DNA from: Podarcis pityusensis
Taxonomy: Eukaryota
Strand: one strand, 5' to 3'
Assembly (NCBI GenBank): GCA_964106645.2
Contig: OZ067043.1
DNA: 64,000 bases
Part shown: positions 37,040-49,909 of the stretch, in pieces
Layout: each line of letters begins with the position of its first letter
Position numbering within the stretch: the stretch's first letter is position 1
Position numbers and translations under genes: made by a program
Notes under the pieces: generated by a model
Database searches by the model: none
Told to the model about the DNA's origin: nothing
The model's input: the letters and a program-made list of their open reading frames with translations, nothing else

Positions 37040-37324
37040 GGGCCAGTGTGGTGTAGTGGTTAAGAGCGGTAGTCTCGTAATCTGGGGAACCAGGTTTGCA
37101 TCTCCGCTCCTCCACATGCAGCTGCTGGGTGACCTTGGGCTAGTCACACTTCTTTGAAGTCTCTCAGCCCCACTCACCTCACAGAGTGTTTGTTGTGGGG
37201 GAGGAAGGGAAAGGAGAATGTTAGCCGCTTTGAGACTCCTTCGGGTAGTGATAAAGCAGGATATCAAATCCAAACTCCTCCTCCTCCTCTTCTTCTTCTT
37301 CTTCTTCTTCTTCTTCTTCTTCTT
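37040..37324 (+). mobile_element. Full-length Squam3-like tRNA-derived SINE with (TCC)n(TTC)n tail
   Basis: tRNA-like A box TGGTGTAGTGG and B-box-like GGTTTGCATCTCC; about 285 bp; CTT-repeat tail; possible TSD CTGTCTG at 37033-37039 and 37325-37331. Confidence 0.85.
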
Positions 37325-38972
37325 CTGTCTGTTCCATGGAACAGTCATGTAACACTGAATTACTCTTAATATGGGGCATATCTCTTAATGCATCTGTAGG
37401 CACAGGAAGTAGTTCCACAGTCCTGATGACCTTATGTTCACAAACATTTTCCAGCAAATCCCAAGCAATGAATTCTGGTCCCCAGGGCCCCCCTGGCTTG
37501 ATCTCTTCTGCAATAAAGCTCTCACAATATGGCTTTATCTGATAATTAGGGTCATAGGTAGTCCTTTATCACAGTCCAAGGAAAGAGGAGAGGTTCTTCA
37601 CTGGGAAGGAGGAAATTAACTTTACAAAAAAAGAACTTTTGCAGGGGGCGGGGGAAGCAACCAAAAGACCAGATGGCAAAACATCAATATCTAATTTCAA
37701 GACCCTCCGCAGTGTGTGATCCCAAATAAAATAGGGGTACCCTGTATGGAATCTCTAGGAAGCACCACTGAGCCTATATAAAACTTTAGACTGTATGCTA
37801 CCAAACCTGCAAACATAAGTGGGTTTTCCAGCTGCAGGTTGAGTTCTGCTTTCCACACACCCACACAGCCTTCACCCATTATAAACACATAGCTTCCAAT
37901 GAATGTTGATTGCCTCCTCCTCTTTTTTAAACAAATATTTTTTCTTTATATTTTCACTTTACAATAAACACAAAACATAAATTTGAATTATTCCACATCA
38001 TATTTCAACTCCCCTCCCCTCTTTCAGAGGTTACTTACACTTATACTGTTTTTTACTGCAATTCTATGAAAGGGAATAGCATCTCTGAGACTGACACAAG
38101 GGCTAGCCCATCAGTACTGTGCAAAGAACAAGTCTCTGCTGAGCTGAATCCAGGTGTGTGGTTTTTTTTGGGGGGGAGAGGGCGTATTGAAAATGTTACA
38201 TGTCCCCAAAAAGAAATGAGAGTCTTTCCACAGCAAGCTTACAGTTAAAATTGCATAGACCTATATACACACTTAATACTGGCACTAATACTGTACAGAG
38301 GACCTCCTTTGTTTCTTTTGCGTGATGGTAAAGAAACTGCAAAGATTGGAGAAGGCCATTACATTTATATTCAAGTGTCAGGAGGGGGAACTTCGGTTGA
38401 CATGTGCAGACAGGGCTTTCTCCCTGCTAGACAGGAAACTGGCATGGGTTTTACACCACAAAGATGTGAAGGGCAAAGGACAGAAACCGAAGGCATTACC
38501 AGGGCAATCGTGATGGACAGGGCAGGTTGGAGAGGCAGAATGCTACAATGGATTACGGAAAAAAGCATGCAGTGACCTACAGTGCACAGTTGATGCTAGA
38601 AAAGTCACCCTGTGTTCCACATTTTGTACTTATTTATACAAATCCCCAGTTGCATCCTGACTATGGGAACTGAAAACTGAGCTAGGAAAGAGGCAAATGG
38701 TAGGACAGCTACTAGCATGGAATCAGCTTAGCCAGAGGCTCCAGCAACACCATCAAGGTTTGGGGGGGGGGGAGAGTTCCAGTTATTTCCTGCTCCTGCA
38801 AGGAAAACACTTGATCATAGCAAATGGTAAGGCAACCAGGAGGCAGCTGTTACAGGGTTCAGGGAAGGAGCAGAGCGAGAAAAATGCACCGTGACAAGCA
38901 TATGGCAACTATCACACTACATCTAGCTCAGAAGAGGGCCAATCCATGCAATGACCTCTTTGGAAGAAACTA

Positions 38973-39193
38973 CAGTGGACGCTCGGGTTGTGAATGTGAT
39001 CCGTGCGAGAGGCACGTTCACAACCTGCAGCGTTCGCAACCCGCAGCGAACATGTGCAAAGCGCGATTTAGCGCTTCTGTGCATGCATGAGCACTGAAAC
39101 CCGGAAGTAACCCGTTCCAGTACTTCCGGGTTCAGCGTGGTGTGCAACCTGAAAAAGCGCAACCTGAAGCATCTGTAACCCGAGGTATGACTG
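38973..39193. mobile_element. Tc1/mariner-type MITE (TA TSD)
   Basis: TA|CAGTGGACGCTCGGGTT ... AACCCGAGGTATGACTG|TA. Confidence 0.8.
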
Positions 39194-39213
39194 TAAAGGG
39201 TGAATGGCTAAAT

Positions 39214-39456
39214 CAGGGGTCAGCAAACGTTTTCAGCAAGGGGCTAGTCCACTGTCCCTCAGACCTTGTGGGGGGCTGGACTATATTGGGGGGACGATGA
39301 ATTCCTATGCCCCACAAATAACCCAGAGATGCACTTTAAATAAAAGGACACATTCTACTCATGTAAAAACACGCTGATTCCCGGACCATCCAAGGGCTGG
39401 ATTTAGAAGGCAATTGGGCCGGATCTGGCCCCCAGGCCTTAGTTTGCCTACCTACG
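39214..39456 (+). mobile_element. hAT-type non-autonomous element with perfect 8-bp TSD
   Basis: CAGGGGTCAGCAAAC ... GTTTGCCTACCTACG; GGCTAAAT at 39206-39213 and 39457-39464; second copy at 63434. Confidence 0.85.
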
Positions 39457-39882
39457 GGCTAAATAAACATTACATTTTGAAAACACAACCTTCTTCTCTC
39501 TAAATGCAACATATACTCCTACAACATGTATCAGCTCATGAATCGATAGTTACGGCTATCAAAAGTTCTAACATCCCTAATATCCTCATTATGATGTGAT
39601 GATGCAGCCGAGATTAAATCTGCTTGTATATCACTAATTATGGCTATCTAATGTATAAATACAAATGGTGGTGTAATTAACATCTGGAATGTGAACATGT
39701 TTTCTTAATTGTTTTTTTTTTATAAAAAAGTGTGAACATGGTTTTAACATTTCAATGTATTTTCACACTTAAACATCTTTTGTTACATATTATAATGTTG
39801 CTTTTTTAAACTTTTCTATGTTTCCAGTTAAGGAAATCAGCCCCCAGTCATCACACTCGATGTACATAGCATGCGTGGAACT

Positions 39883-40015
39883 CAGGGGTGGGGAACCTGT
39901 GGTCCTCCAGATGTTGCTGGGACTCCCATCAGTCCCAGCCCACATAGCCAACTGGCAGCAGTGATGGGAGCTACAGACAAGCAACATCTGGAAAGCTGTA
40001 GGTTCCCCATCCCTG
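39883..40015. mobile_element. Palindromic ~130-bp MITE (CCAGATGTT...GGACT..CCCATC family)
   Basis: Inverted arms CAGGGGTGGGGAACCT / AGGTTCCCCATCCCTG. Related copies near 13263-13395, 18526-18664, 52875-52998 and 54525-54652. Confidence 0.75.
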
Positions 40016-43000
40016 ATAAAACTGGACATCATGCACTATAGTGGGGGAGCACGTGTCCCTTGACCTGTCTCCATATGGCTCTCAACCCAATTTCATAAGG
40101 TTGCTGCAGACCTCTGGCAAGAGCAATCTGTTCCTCCCCGACAGCCTGCTGAGGGAGCAAAGGGGTGCCCCTTGTCACCTTTTAGCTCAGTATAAGGTAG
40201 CTCTATATTACATAATTGGCAGGGTGTTGGCCTGAGACTGAGAAAACCCATTTCAATAGCTACACTTAAACATTTGGGCACCTGGGATGTTTTTCTGCCT
40301 CCAGGGGTCTAGGCTGTGCTCCTTGTCCTCATTCAGAAGCTCTGGAATGACTAATAGTTTGCATGCAGAAGGTCAAAGATCAAACCTTGACATCTCCAGT
40401 TAAAAAGGTTCAAGTAGGAGGTGATGGGGGAAAAGACCCTCTGCCTGAGACCCCAGAGAGCCATTCGCAGTCAGAGGAGACCATACTAGGCCAGATGGAT
40501 CACTGATGGTCTGTCTCAGTAGCATGTGGCTTCATATAGTCAAAACATATGTTCAAATACTTTGAAGAACCATGTGTTAAAAAAAACTACAAGCTGTGGA
40601 ACAAGATGTTATCATTCCCCACACCAAGCGAGAAACCCTAACTGAGTGGGGGTGGGGCATGGGGAAAGGGACTCTCTATGGCATTTGCAGCCTGACTGGC
40701 TCCTGCTAGCCAGGAGGAAAAATTGGAAGGCAGTTTTCCCAACTATGTTGGCTGCACCAACTCGCAACATGCGCCCAAATCAGGTCCCTCACCAGGAACT
40801 GGACTGGCTTTGGATCCAGAAGAGCCATTGCTCTGCTTCCACCCTATCATTGAAACACCCCCATTGGGGAGTTTTATTCCAGCTACTGCTGGCAGGAACA
40901 TCAATGGCAGCATATATTCCTCTATCATTTCCGTGGGCACAGAAAGGGCCTCCATGGTGGTCAAGTTCCCCTGCCGGTGATTTCTAATCCCTGCCAGCAG
41001 TATGGATCAATGGTTAGGATTGCCTCACTCATTCCAGAGTATCAAAGCCTCTTCTCAAAGCTATGGTGATATAAATACTGAGGGGCAGAAGGCATGGAAA
41101 GGAGCTGTTTGGACCAGAACTGCTGGCCCTTTATAAAGAAATGGGTTGTGTCCATAAGTAGACCCATTGAAATTGAGGAGCATGAGTAACCTAGGTCCAC
41201 TGATTGCAATGAGTCTACTCTGAGTAGAACTTAGTTGGCTGCAACCCAAAACCTGCAGCCTTTACAATGATCAGGCAGTAACACCTGCCTTGCTTTGGCC
41301 TTTTTGCATAAATAAGCTTCTAAGGACATGTTCACTGCAGTTCTCTCTTTTCGAACTAGCTGAGTTGTGGCATACAGGTTAAATCCTCAGCTTGCATTCC
41401 TCAAGTTGCCAATTTAAATCCTACTGCAGACGCAGATATTGGCATACGGAACTGAGCATTGCCAACACGTAGCACCCCCAATAATGGCAGCTGGAAATTT
41501 TCAAATGCCCAAAGCTCTAATCAAAAATACTGAGCAAAGCAGTATTGCCCCTCGGGATCGAAACAGGGAGGACAGTAGTGTTTAGTAGGGCAGGATTTCT
41601 ACTACCTCATTCCAGTGCATGTATCATGATGAGAATATGTTCTGTTGGACCCCAGCAGGTCCAGGTGGTAGCTACATTTACTTTTAAACAACTGCACAAG
41701 CATATCCTCTTAATTACAGAGCAGTTAGCGATGGATGCTTGGGTGGAGATTGTCATCCGTCACTTGTGGCATGCTTCATTTCCAGAAACTGCCATTTTCT
41801 GGAGCCTGGGGCACTTGACAGCAGGTTCAGTCCTTTGTTTAAAAGCTTCCATTTGGCTCAATCCCAGGCTTTGCTGAGCTGGGATAAAAGGTACTGCAAC
41901 AATGAAAAACCGTTTTGTAGCTGAAGAAGAACAGCATTCCAGTGTAAGTGGAGAGGCTGCTCTCACTGAGTCATGACCAAATACAAGCACAGGTGTTGGC
42001 TACAGAAAGAGTTACAAGGCTGCCCCACAGGGAAATGGCCAGCAGTGCCAGGCATTGATTGCCCTTCTCTCCTCGGATGGGTAGGTTCGAAAACACCTAT
42101 TTTGTTAATTAAAATTGCTCAACAGTTGATTGCACAGAAAGAACTGCATACTTTGCCTGCCATGTCTCTATGCAAGTAAAAAAACCCACCTCTACATTTT
42201 ATTACTATTTTCTCTCTTTTCCCCCCAATCAACTAGAAAGGGGGACATGCACAGAGTCTGGGACATCTGCCCAGTTGAAAGGCTTGCCCATGTGGATTGA
42301 CAGCACAAGGGTTGCTTCTCAAATTGCCAGCTCTGTAGGGCCAGGAGATGGCCAACTTCTCACACAGCATACTGCCAGGGAAACTGCCTTCCTTCACTCA
42401 CTGTGAGCACAAAGGATAAAAGACCACAGAATATGTGACCAGAATAAGCAGGGAGATGATAATTGTACCAGCTAAATGCCTCCTGTTTTCAAGTCTATGC
42501 ACCACAACAGGGGAACTCACACAGAGGCCCCCTGGAAGGGCCAGTGGCACAACTAACTCTGCAGGTGAACTTGCAGATTCATTTTTAATTGTAAAGGGGG
42601 AGAACAAAGTATTTGCAAAGAATCGAATTCTACTGCTTAGACAGTTATAAGGCTAGCCAGTGCTGTTTGCTTAGGATGTTCATCCAAGTCGCCCCTGGAG
42701 AATGTCCAAAGGGTTGGAGCTCTGGAGCTAACATTTCTGCTTTTGTTAATCATGGGGAAAATGCCCCCCCTCCACAAAGAGTACAACCTTCCCAGTATTT
42801 TCTTCCCTCATCCACACCATGCCAGTCGCCGTCGACATGCCTAAACATTTTACAGACTCCCTCATCCTGCCCTTTGGTACCCCAGCTGCTTGTGCTTCCG
42901 CTCCCTATCAAATGCAACCCAAGAGTCACATCCCTTTGGATCAATGTTCCAGGGGCCTTGTGACAGTGGTAGGTGGGGCCAGAGGCAAAAGTGGGAGGAG

Positions 43001-45055
43001 CAACAGATGTAAATGTACAGTAGGCTAGTTTCTACACACACTCACAAACCTCTCTCTATCCTCCATCCAGGCAGGGGAGAGGCATTATCAGAGTTCAAGG
43101 ACACATCAGGAAAAAAACACTCAAGGAGAATATGAAGTGCATCCAATGAATGGTATGGCTGGGGGGGTGGGAGTACGGTGCAGGGAGAGGCTCAAGGAAC
43201 AGATAGAGAAGCTTGAAGGACTGTATTTGGCCCCCAGACCTGAGGTTCCTCACCCCTGGCCTATGCCATTAGGCAATGCAGCTTTGTTTAAAGGGCCACA
43301 GCAATGGAACAGGCCTTGGAGGCAGCAAGAAAGGAGGCATTCCTCCAGCAGATTGTGTTACTGTGCAATGCCAATAAAGTGCCATGCCTAAGCAGCATAT
43401 GCACCACCCAGCTGGCCTGTGCAATCATCAAGAGCTAGCTAAGGCCCTTGGGCAGCTCAGGGAAGGGGCTCAGCCTCTCTGGTCAGCTGCTTAGTTCCCA
43501 TGACTGTAAACTGAGCTGACAAGAAAGCATATCCTTATCACTAACCCTTCCCAGGTCTGCACATCCAAGAAGCCTGGTGTCTGTGCAATGGAAAAGGGAA
43601 TGAAGTAGAAGCAGAAGTACAGCAAGGAGTCCAGCTGCTGCTAAAAATATGCCACATTGTTTGGGGAGCCCAGGTTCAAAGGGATATGCAGCTATGACAA
43701 TGCACACAAAGGTTGCGTGCGATGAGCCAGATTGTAATAACAGCATGAGGAATTGGAGCAGGGTTAACCCACAGTCCTGATCAGAATCCTGATGGGAGCT
43801 TTCCTCCCAATACAGATAAATAGCAGTCAAGTCCAAACAGGAAAACAGCAGGAATAAAAGGGAAACGGGGGAAAAATCCCCTCTCCCACCATGCCATGGC
43901 CCCAATCTGGCTCAGGAGCCCCTGTGCTGGTTATTTGTTCAAGAAAGACCAATTACACAGCAAATGTCACATCTAGCTTGGTCTTAAGCTCGATGAAGGA
44001 AGTATGGGATAAAGGTGCAGGATTCTATAGATCCCATCATTAGCTCTGTTCTCAAAGGCAAATAGATGGGTTTTCTCTCCGTTTCAGCCTGCACTATGTG
44101 TAATGCAACACCAACTTAAACCTGGCTCTCTGCAGGATTGGTCAACTCAACATTATACAGTAAACTAGACAGCAATTAAAAGCTAAAGGGGGCCCACTCC
44201 TCAAAGGAATCATTTCAAGCAGAGCAAGCTGCAGTTCACTCTCACCACCAAGGCCTGAACTAGAAAGAACTTACGCAGAATTGCATATGTGCAGGACCGT
44301 CAAAAACAGCAAAAAATAAACAAACCATAGGTAATTCAAATTCTGCAAGAAAATGATCAAATCTATGACATCTATGCAAATTAACAATCACTTGCATATA
44401 TTTGCTTACTTTGCATATTCTATTCTGCTTCTGTTGGTCATACGAGAATGGAGCCATGGCGGGTAATGAAACCCTGGCCTTTCTTTCCCCCACCTACTTG
44501 GCTTCTGAGATTTTACTTAGCATTGCCCACACACTTTCGTGCCTATTTTCACAGTCACAAGGGCCAGAAATACGCTTCTTTCAAACGCTGAGATTCTCAG
44601 GATACTTAATTCTGCACCCAATGGAAATTTCAATCTATGCACAGTAAAATTATGGAAACGTTAAAATACAAAAGACTTGATCTGCTGCTGCCTCTTACTC
44701 ACATCCAAAAGGGCATGTAGATGAATTGACTCTACTCTACTACAACTCCAATCTCTGTTTGTCTTTACATTATCTTGCCCTTATTGACTTAGTAAGAGGT
44801 GGACTACGTTTGTGCAAAGGAATCCAAGCCTCATGGTTTCCTCTGGGAAATTGCTACAATGCCCCAACAGAAGCATTTCACAAATCTTCCAAGTTCTCCT
44901 CTAGGTCAGTATGGCAACCGATCCATTTTTGAGCAAGTCATTTCTAAGCAGTTATTTTTGCAAAACATAACTTAAATGCACACCAAATAGAGCCTGTAAC
45001 CCACCACTGGCGGAACACATGTTTCGTATGTAGAAGAGCAAAGGTTCAATCCTTA

Positions 45056-45463
<408 letters not shown>

Positions 45464-47693
45464 CTAAGGAAGAAAAGTACAATGGTCAAAGAATGGACAG
45501 GGCAAGCATTACAAAGCTTGCATGTGACGGACATCAGAAAAGAATATGACAAGGGAATGAGGAGGGCAGTTAATACCTGTGTGTTTATATATTCTACACT
45601 GCTTTTCCACTATAAAAAGTCTTCAGGCAGCATTTATTTATTTATTTATTTATTTACCTGCCTACCACATTAAAAATACCAAAACAAACTACTGTATGAT
45701 CCAACAGAACAGCAGGGTCCTTCTCCAAAGCTATTTCTTATGAGGTAAAACCAGTAGATTAACGAACAAAAACAATACCCCTCACAGTTTAAAAGGCCAT
45801 ACATGGTTTAATTAGCCAAAGGCCTGATTATAAATATGGTAAGTAGATAGATAAAATGTGGGTTGGGAGGTTTCAGTGGAGAATCAATTTTTAAAACCCC
45901 TATTCTGAAGGGGCAAGAGAAAGAGTTAATAAGAAGAGAATGAACTGCAGTTCCCTCCAACCCAAACTACCAGGGATGTGGACAGTGCTTTGCCCTGGAC
46001 TTCTATATAACAGTAAATTGTTCTTATACTATTATTAGAATAGTATTCTACTGGTTTACTATTACTTCATTTTCATCTATTTATAAGGGGGGGGGGAGGA
46101 AATAAGCGATTTGTGAATGCTTTAAAACAATTACCTGCATTGAAGTAACCAATGCAGTCCTGACATGGGACTGTGAACATGTCAGAAAATGTTTCCACTG
46201 CAGCACTAAGAAAAATTCCTCCACGTGTCTGCACTACACAATTCAGAACATTTAGGCACCAAGCGACGGGTCAGATTAACAGCTAAAAAGCCACCATTTA
46301 CAGGCAAAATGGGGGGCTGGGTTGGGGGGGGGAGAACTCCCTGTGTAAGACCACCCAGAACTAGAGTGCAGCCAAGCAATGCCAATCCAACTAATTAGCC
46401 CTAGGAGATTAGAAGCAAAGGCACTGAGTGCATAACATGCAACTCTAGGATAAAAGACTGCACAGCAAGAGGAAAGCTACAAAGCACCAGTCACAAGGCC
46501 CAAGAGCTGTCTCCCTGAGAAATTGTCCTTATACTTGCTGCAGCATCCTTACTTCTGACTTTATACCAACAGTAACGTCAAAAGGGCTTCTGTCCTTTCT
46601 GGAGCTCCTGATTCCCCAAATTAATAGGAAGTCTCAACTGCTCTGTCCCAGCTAGTAGACTGTAAACCTTGGCTCCAAAACGGCTGCTAAAAGTCATTAA
46701 CAGCCATGATAAAAAAAATACATGACAAATCAGAAAATATATATTGTGCTGTAGAGAGGAAAGACTTTCCTTATGGATCACAAAGTTATTTCCTTCCTCT
46801 GTCTGCCCCTGAGTATCTTACCTGCAATGCTCAAGATCATGAATTTTTCTTGGAACTCATCTTATAACAAGAACTGGGTTTAATATATTGTACAGCTGCT
46901 TATCACACACAGAATTGTGTTTATTTTTTAAATGAAGTCCCATGACATGCTATATAATTGTCAGTGATAGCACAGAGAAACTGTTAACTCTTCAGTACAA
47001 TGGTATACATGCCTGCTTCAAAAGTAAATCTCTTTTCATTTATTGGGGCTTACTCCTAGGTAAGTGGTTACAGGATGGAAGCAGAGGCATTGGTTTAGGA
47101 TTTGCACTTGGGAAAACAGTGTTCTTGTGCCTTTGATAGCTCTTCCTCCACAGTCAGGACCACCAAGATATACCGTAACTGATTTCCCATGAGATTGTCA
47201 GGGTGGGTGGGAGAGAGGAAATTAGCAATGATTGTACTCTCTAATCTTCTGCTATGCCATGTCCCCCAACAGCCATTTTGTGTTATGCCATAGCCCCACA
47301 GCGGCCATTTTGTGACTGGCGCCCTCAGCATTCCCTCAAAATTCAAAATGTGCCCACTGGTCTTAAAAGGTTGCTGATCCCTATTCTATTTTATTACTTT
47401 TTTTTTCTTTTGCCACGCCTGCTCCTGCATTATTCTGATGGTGGTGCTCAAACTGGAGATTTACAAACACATAAACAGAAATTTGTGATGACTAGCCATC
47501 AACTCCACAACTGTTATGTTAATAAATTTCCAGAAGTCTGCACCCTGAAGCAGTGAAAAAAGAAGGGCTTGGGAAAAGAGTCACTTCCCCAAGATGGTGG
47601 TGTTTACAAGTATGGTTAAGAGCTCCAAGGGAATTCAAAAGATACCAAACAGCAACATGACACCTTGAATGCCACTGACATAAACTCAAGCAA

Positions 47694-47872
47694 TGGGCAA
47701 TAGCTCAGTGGTAGAACTTTGCATACAAAAGGTCACAAGCTGAATCCCCAACATCTTCAGGTAGGACTGGGAATGCCTTGTCTGAAATCCTGAAGAGAAA
47801 CTGCCAGTGAGCAAAGACAGTATTGAACTAGATGTATCAATGGCCTGGCTTAGTACAAGACAGTTTCCTATC
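47694..47872 (+). mobile_element. Older tRNA-derived SINE (Squam2-like)
   Basis: tRNA-like head GGGCAATAGCTCAGTGGTAGAAC. Related copies near 59065-59240 and 40350-40540 (plus), and 24630-24790 and 45000-45180 (minus). Confidence 0.65.
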
Positions 47873-47925
47873 TCCCTTTGGAACACTGTACTCAGCCAAT
47901 ATACCCTTTCTAGGCTACAGAAATA

Positions 47926-48167
47926 CAGTGGTACCTCGGGTTAAGTACTTAATTCATTCCGGAGGTCCGTACTTAACCTGAAACTGTTCTTAACCTGAAG
48001 CACCACTTTAGCTAATGGGGCCTCCTGCTGCTGCTGCACCGCCAGAGCACGATTTCTGTTCTCATCCTGAAGCAAAGTTCTTAACCTGAAGCACTATTTC
48101 TGGGTTAGCGGAGTCTGTAACCTGAAGCATATGTAACCTGAAGCGTATGTAACCTGAGGTACCACTG
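47926..48167 (-). mobile_element. Tc1/mariner-type MITE (TA TSD), inverted relative to the 49693 and 59511 copies
   Basis: TA|CAGTGGTACCTCGGGTTAAG ... AACCTGAGGTACCACTG|TA; internal sequence is the reverse complement of the other two copies. Confidence 0.88.
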
Positions 48168-49692
48168 TATGCTGAAGCACATCCACAAGGGATGTGGCAT
48201 TGTGTCAGTGGCATTCAAGGGTATAGAAACATCAAGCACCAGAATAGGAAACATTTCTCCAGTAACTGTGTTTCCAGAGTCAGAGCCAAATGCCACAAAG
48301 TTGTACTTCCCTGATCCTGGAAAACCCAGAAGATCCACCCAAAGAATTATATAAACAAAGTCAGTGAGGCAGAGAACGTGGGTGCATGCCAGGGCCTCAT
48401 GGGAACCTTTCCAAGTGTTCTGGAATGGAATGGGAAGCAGAACAGCCCTGTGAAAGAGCAGCCTGTGAGCAACTAAAAGTAGGTTTGCTTCTGTCAAAGT
48501 AATATGAAATAAAAGCTTCAGAATACTTCAGCAGCTCTCGTGCACTAAGTTCTTTCAGTTCAGATTTAGTCAAAAATACTACCAGCATGCAGTGTCCTGG
48601 GCAGTGATGCATCTGGTATAGCTAATAATGGATCTATTCTTCCAGAAGTGGACTGGCTCCAGGCTGCATCTGATACCAAGCATGCTTGAAAAGGCAACAG
48701 AGCCTGAATTCCTAGCTTGCCAAGAGTCATGGTCAGGGCTCTTCCTCCTCAAGGAAATAGGCCTTGGAGCCTAATTTGCCCTCAGAATTAGCCTATAATA
48801 TCCCTACCTCCCCACGCGGTTGTCCCAGCACCAGAAGAGCCCATAACGACAGTGGCCTGAAGAGGACCCATTGCGTTCCTCAGACTCTAAGCACTACAGC
48901 TTGGAAACCTCAGCCTTGCCCATGCCACTCCTAAATACCTCCTAAAACCAAGTAAGAGGCTTCACTCATCAGCAGTGGGGCTAGCTGGTGAGAGGGAGAT
49001 TTAATTCTGGTTCAGTCTGGGTTTACTGGTTGTTGTAGAAACACTCAATCCTACCTTGCCTGACTTCTAGTATATAGGTGCTACTTGGACCCATCCAGGA
49101 TGCTAACCACTATGCTTGTTTGCCTTCTGAACTGTGGCCTCTGCTTTGCTTAATTTCAATTAGCAAGACATACCCTCTTGCTCTATCTGACTCTTGCCCA
49201 ACCTGACTTTGCTTCCTGGGTCCTGTACTGGTACTGGTACTGGTGAGCAATATGTAGCCAGGCACACAGTCCTACTTGGCCAAAAGCCTTTCTCCTGACT
49301 GCCTGGGACAGGAAATCCAATTGCCTTAGTACCCAGATCCCTAACCACAATGGGGCTGCAGAATATAGCCAAACATTTTAATACATAACTTTCAACTGAG
49401 GCCTGTTCACAGTGGGTTGTATTCATTATCTGGGGACAACATGGGCCATGTGCAGGGGGTGGGGAGAAGAGAGGAGAACTCCCATTGCACAGGCTTCCTC
49501 TAGTGCAATGGGTCAATCAAATGCAGCTCAGTGTGTGTGCATATGCACATTTGAAAGCATGTGGGGAAAACCTCCAGCCCAGAGCAGGCACCACATCTGC
49601 ATATTCATAAACTAGTCAGGGACTTCTGACTTATGTTTTTATGGCTTTCTTTCATATTGTCCTATCTATGAACAACTGCCTACTAAAGAATA

Positions 49693-49909
49693 CAGTGGTA
49701 CCTTGGGTTACAGACGCTTCAGGTTACAGACTCCGCTAACCCAGAAACAGTACCTCAGGTTAAGAACTTTGCTTCAGGATGAGAACAGAAATTGTGTGGC
49801 GGCGGAGCAGCAAGCCCCATTAGCTAAAGTGGTACCTCAGGTTAAGAACAGTTTCAGGTTAAGAACGGACCTCCAGAATGAATTAAGTTCTTAACCCGAG
49901 GTACCACTG
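49693..49909 (+). mobile_element. Tc1/mariner-type MITE (TA TSD)
   Basis: TA|CAGTGGTACCTTGGGTTACAG ... TTAACCCGAGGTACCACTG|TA. Confidence 0.88.

Noticed and set aside
37040-37115. tRNA-like heads here and at 47694 and 52173
   Set aside because: They continue into SINE bodies and tails, two with TSDs; not tRNA genes.
36962-37457. Poly-K/R and poly-E ORFs
   Set aside because: Translations of the (TTC)n/(TCC)n SINE tail.
46822-46860. 39-nt exon-like segment with strong donor CAG|GTAAGA upstream of exon A
   Set aside because: Two stops in phase 0 and a weak AAG acceptor; could only be a UTR exon and cannot be supported from sequence alone.
48640-49270. Possible solo-LTR remnants (also near 2430-2730, 9840-10270, 43480-43920 and 57140-57930)
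   Set aside because: Composition is suggestive, but I could not establish termini, TSDs or paired copies; needs RepeatMasker or Dfam.
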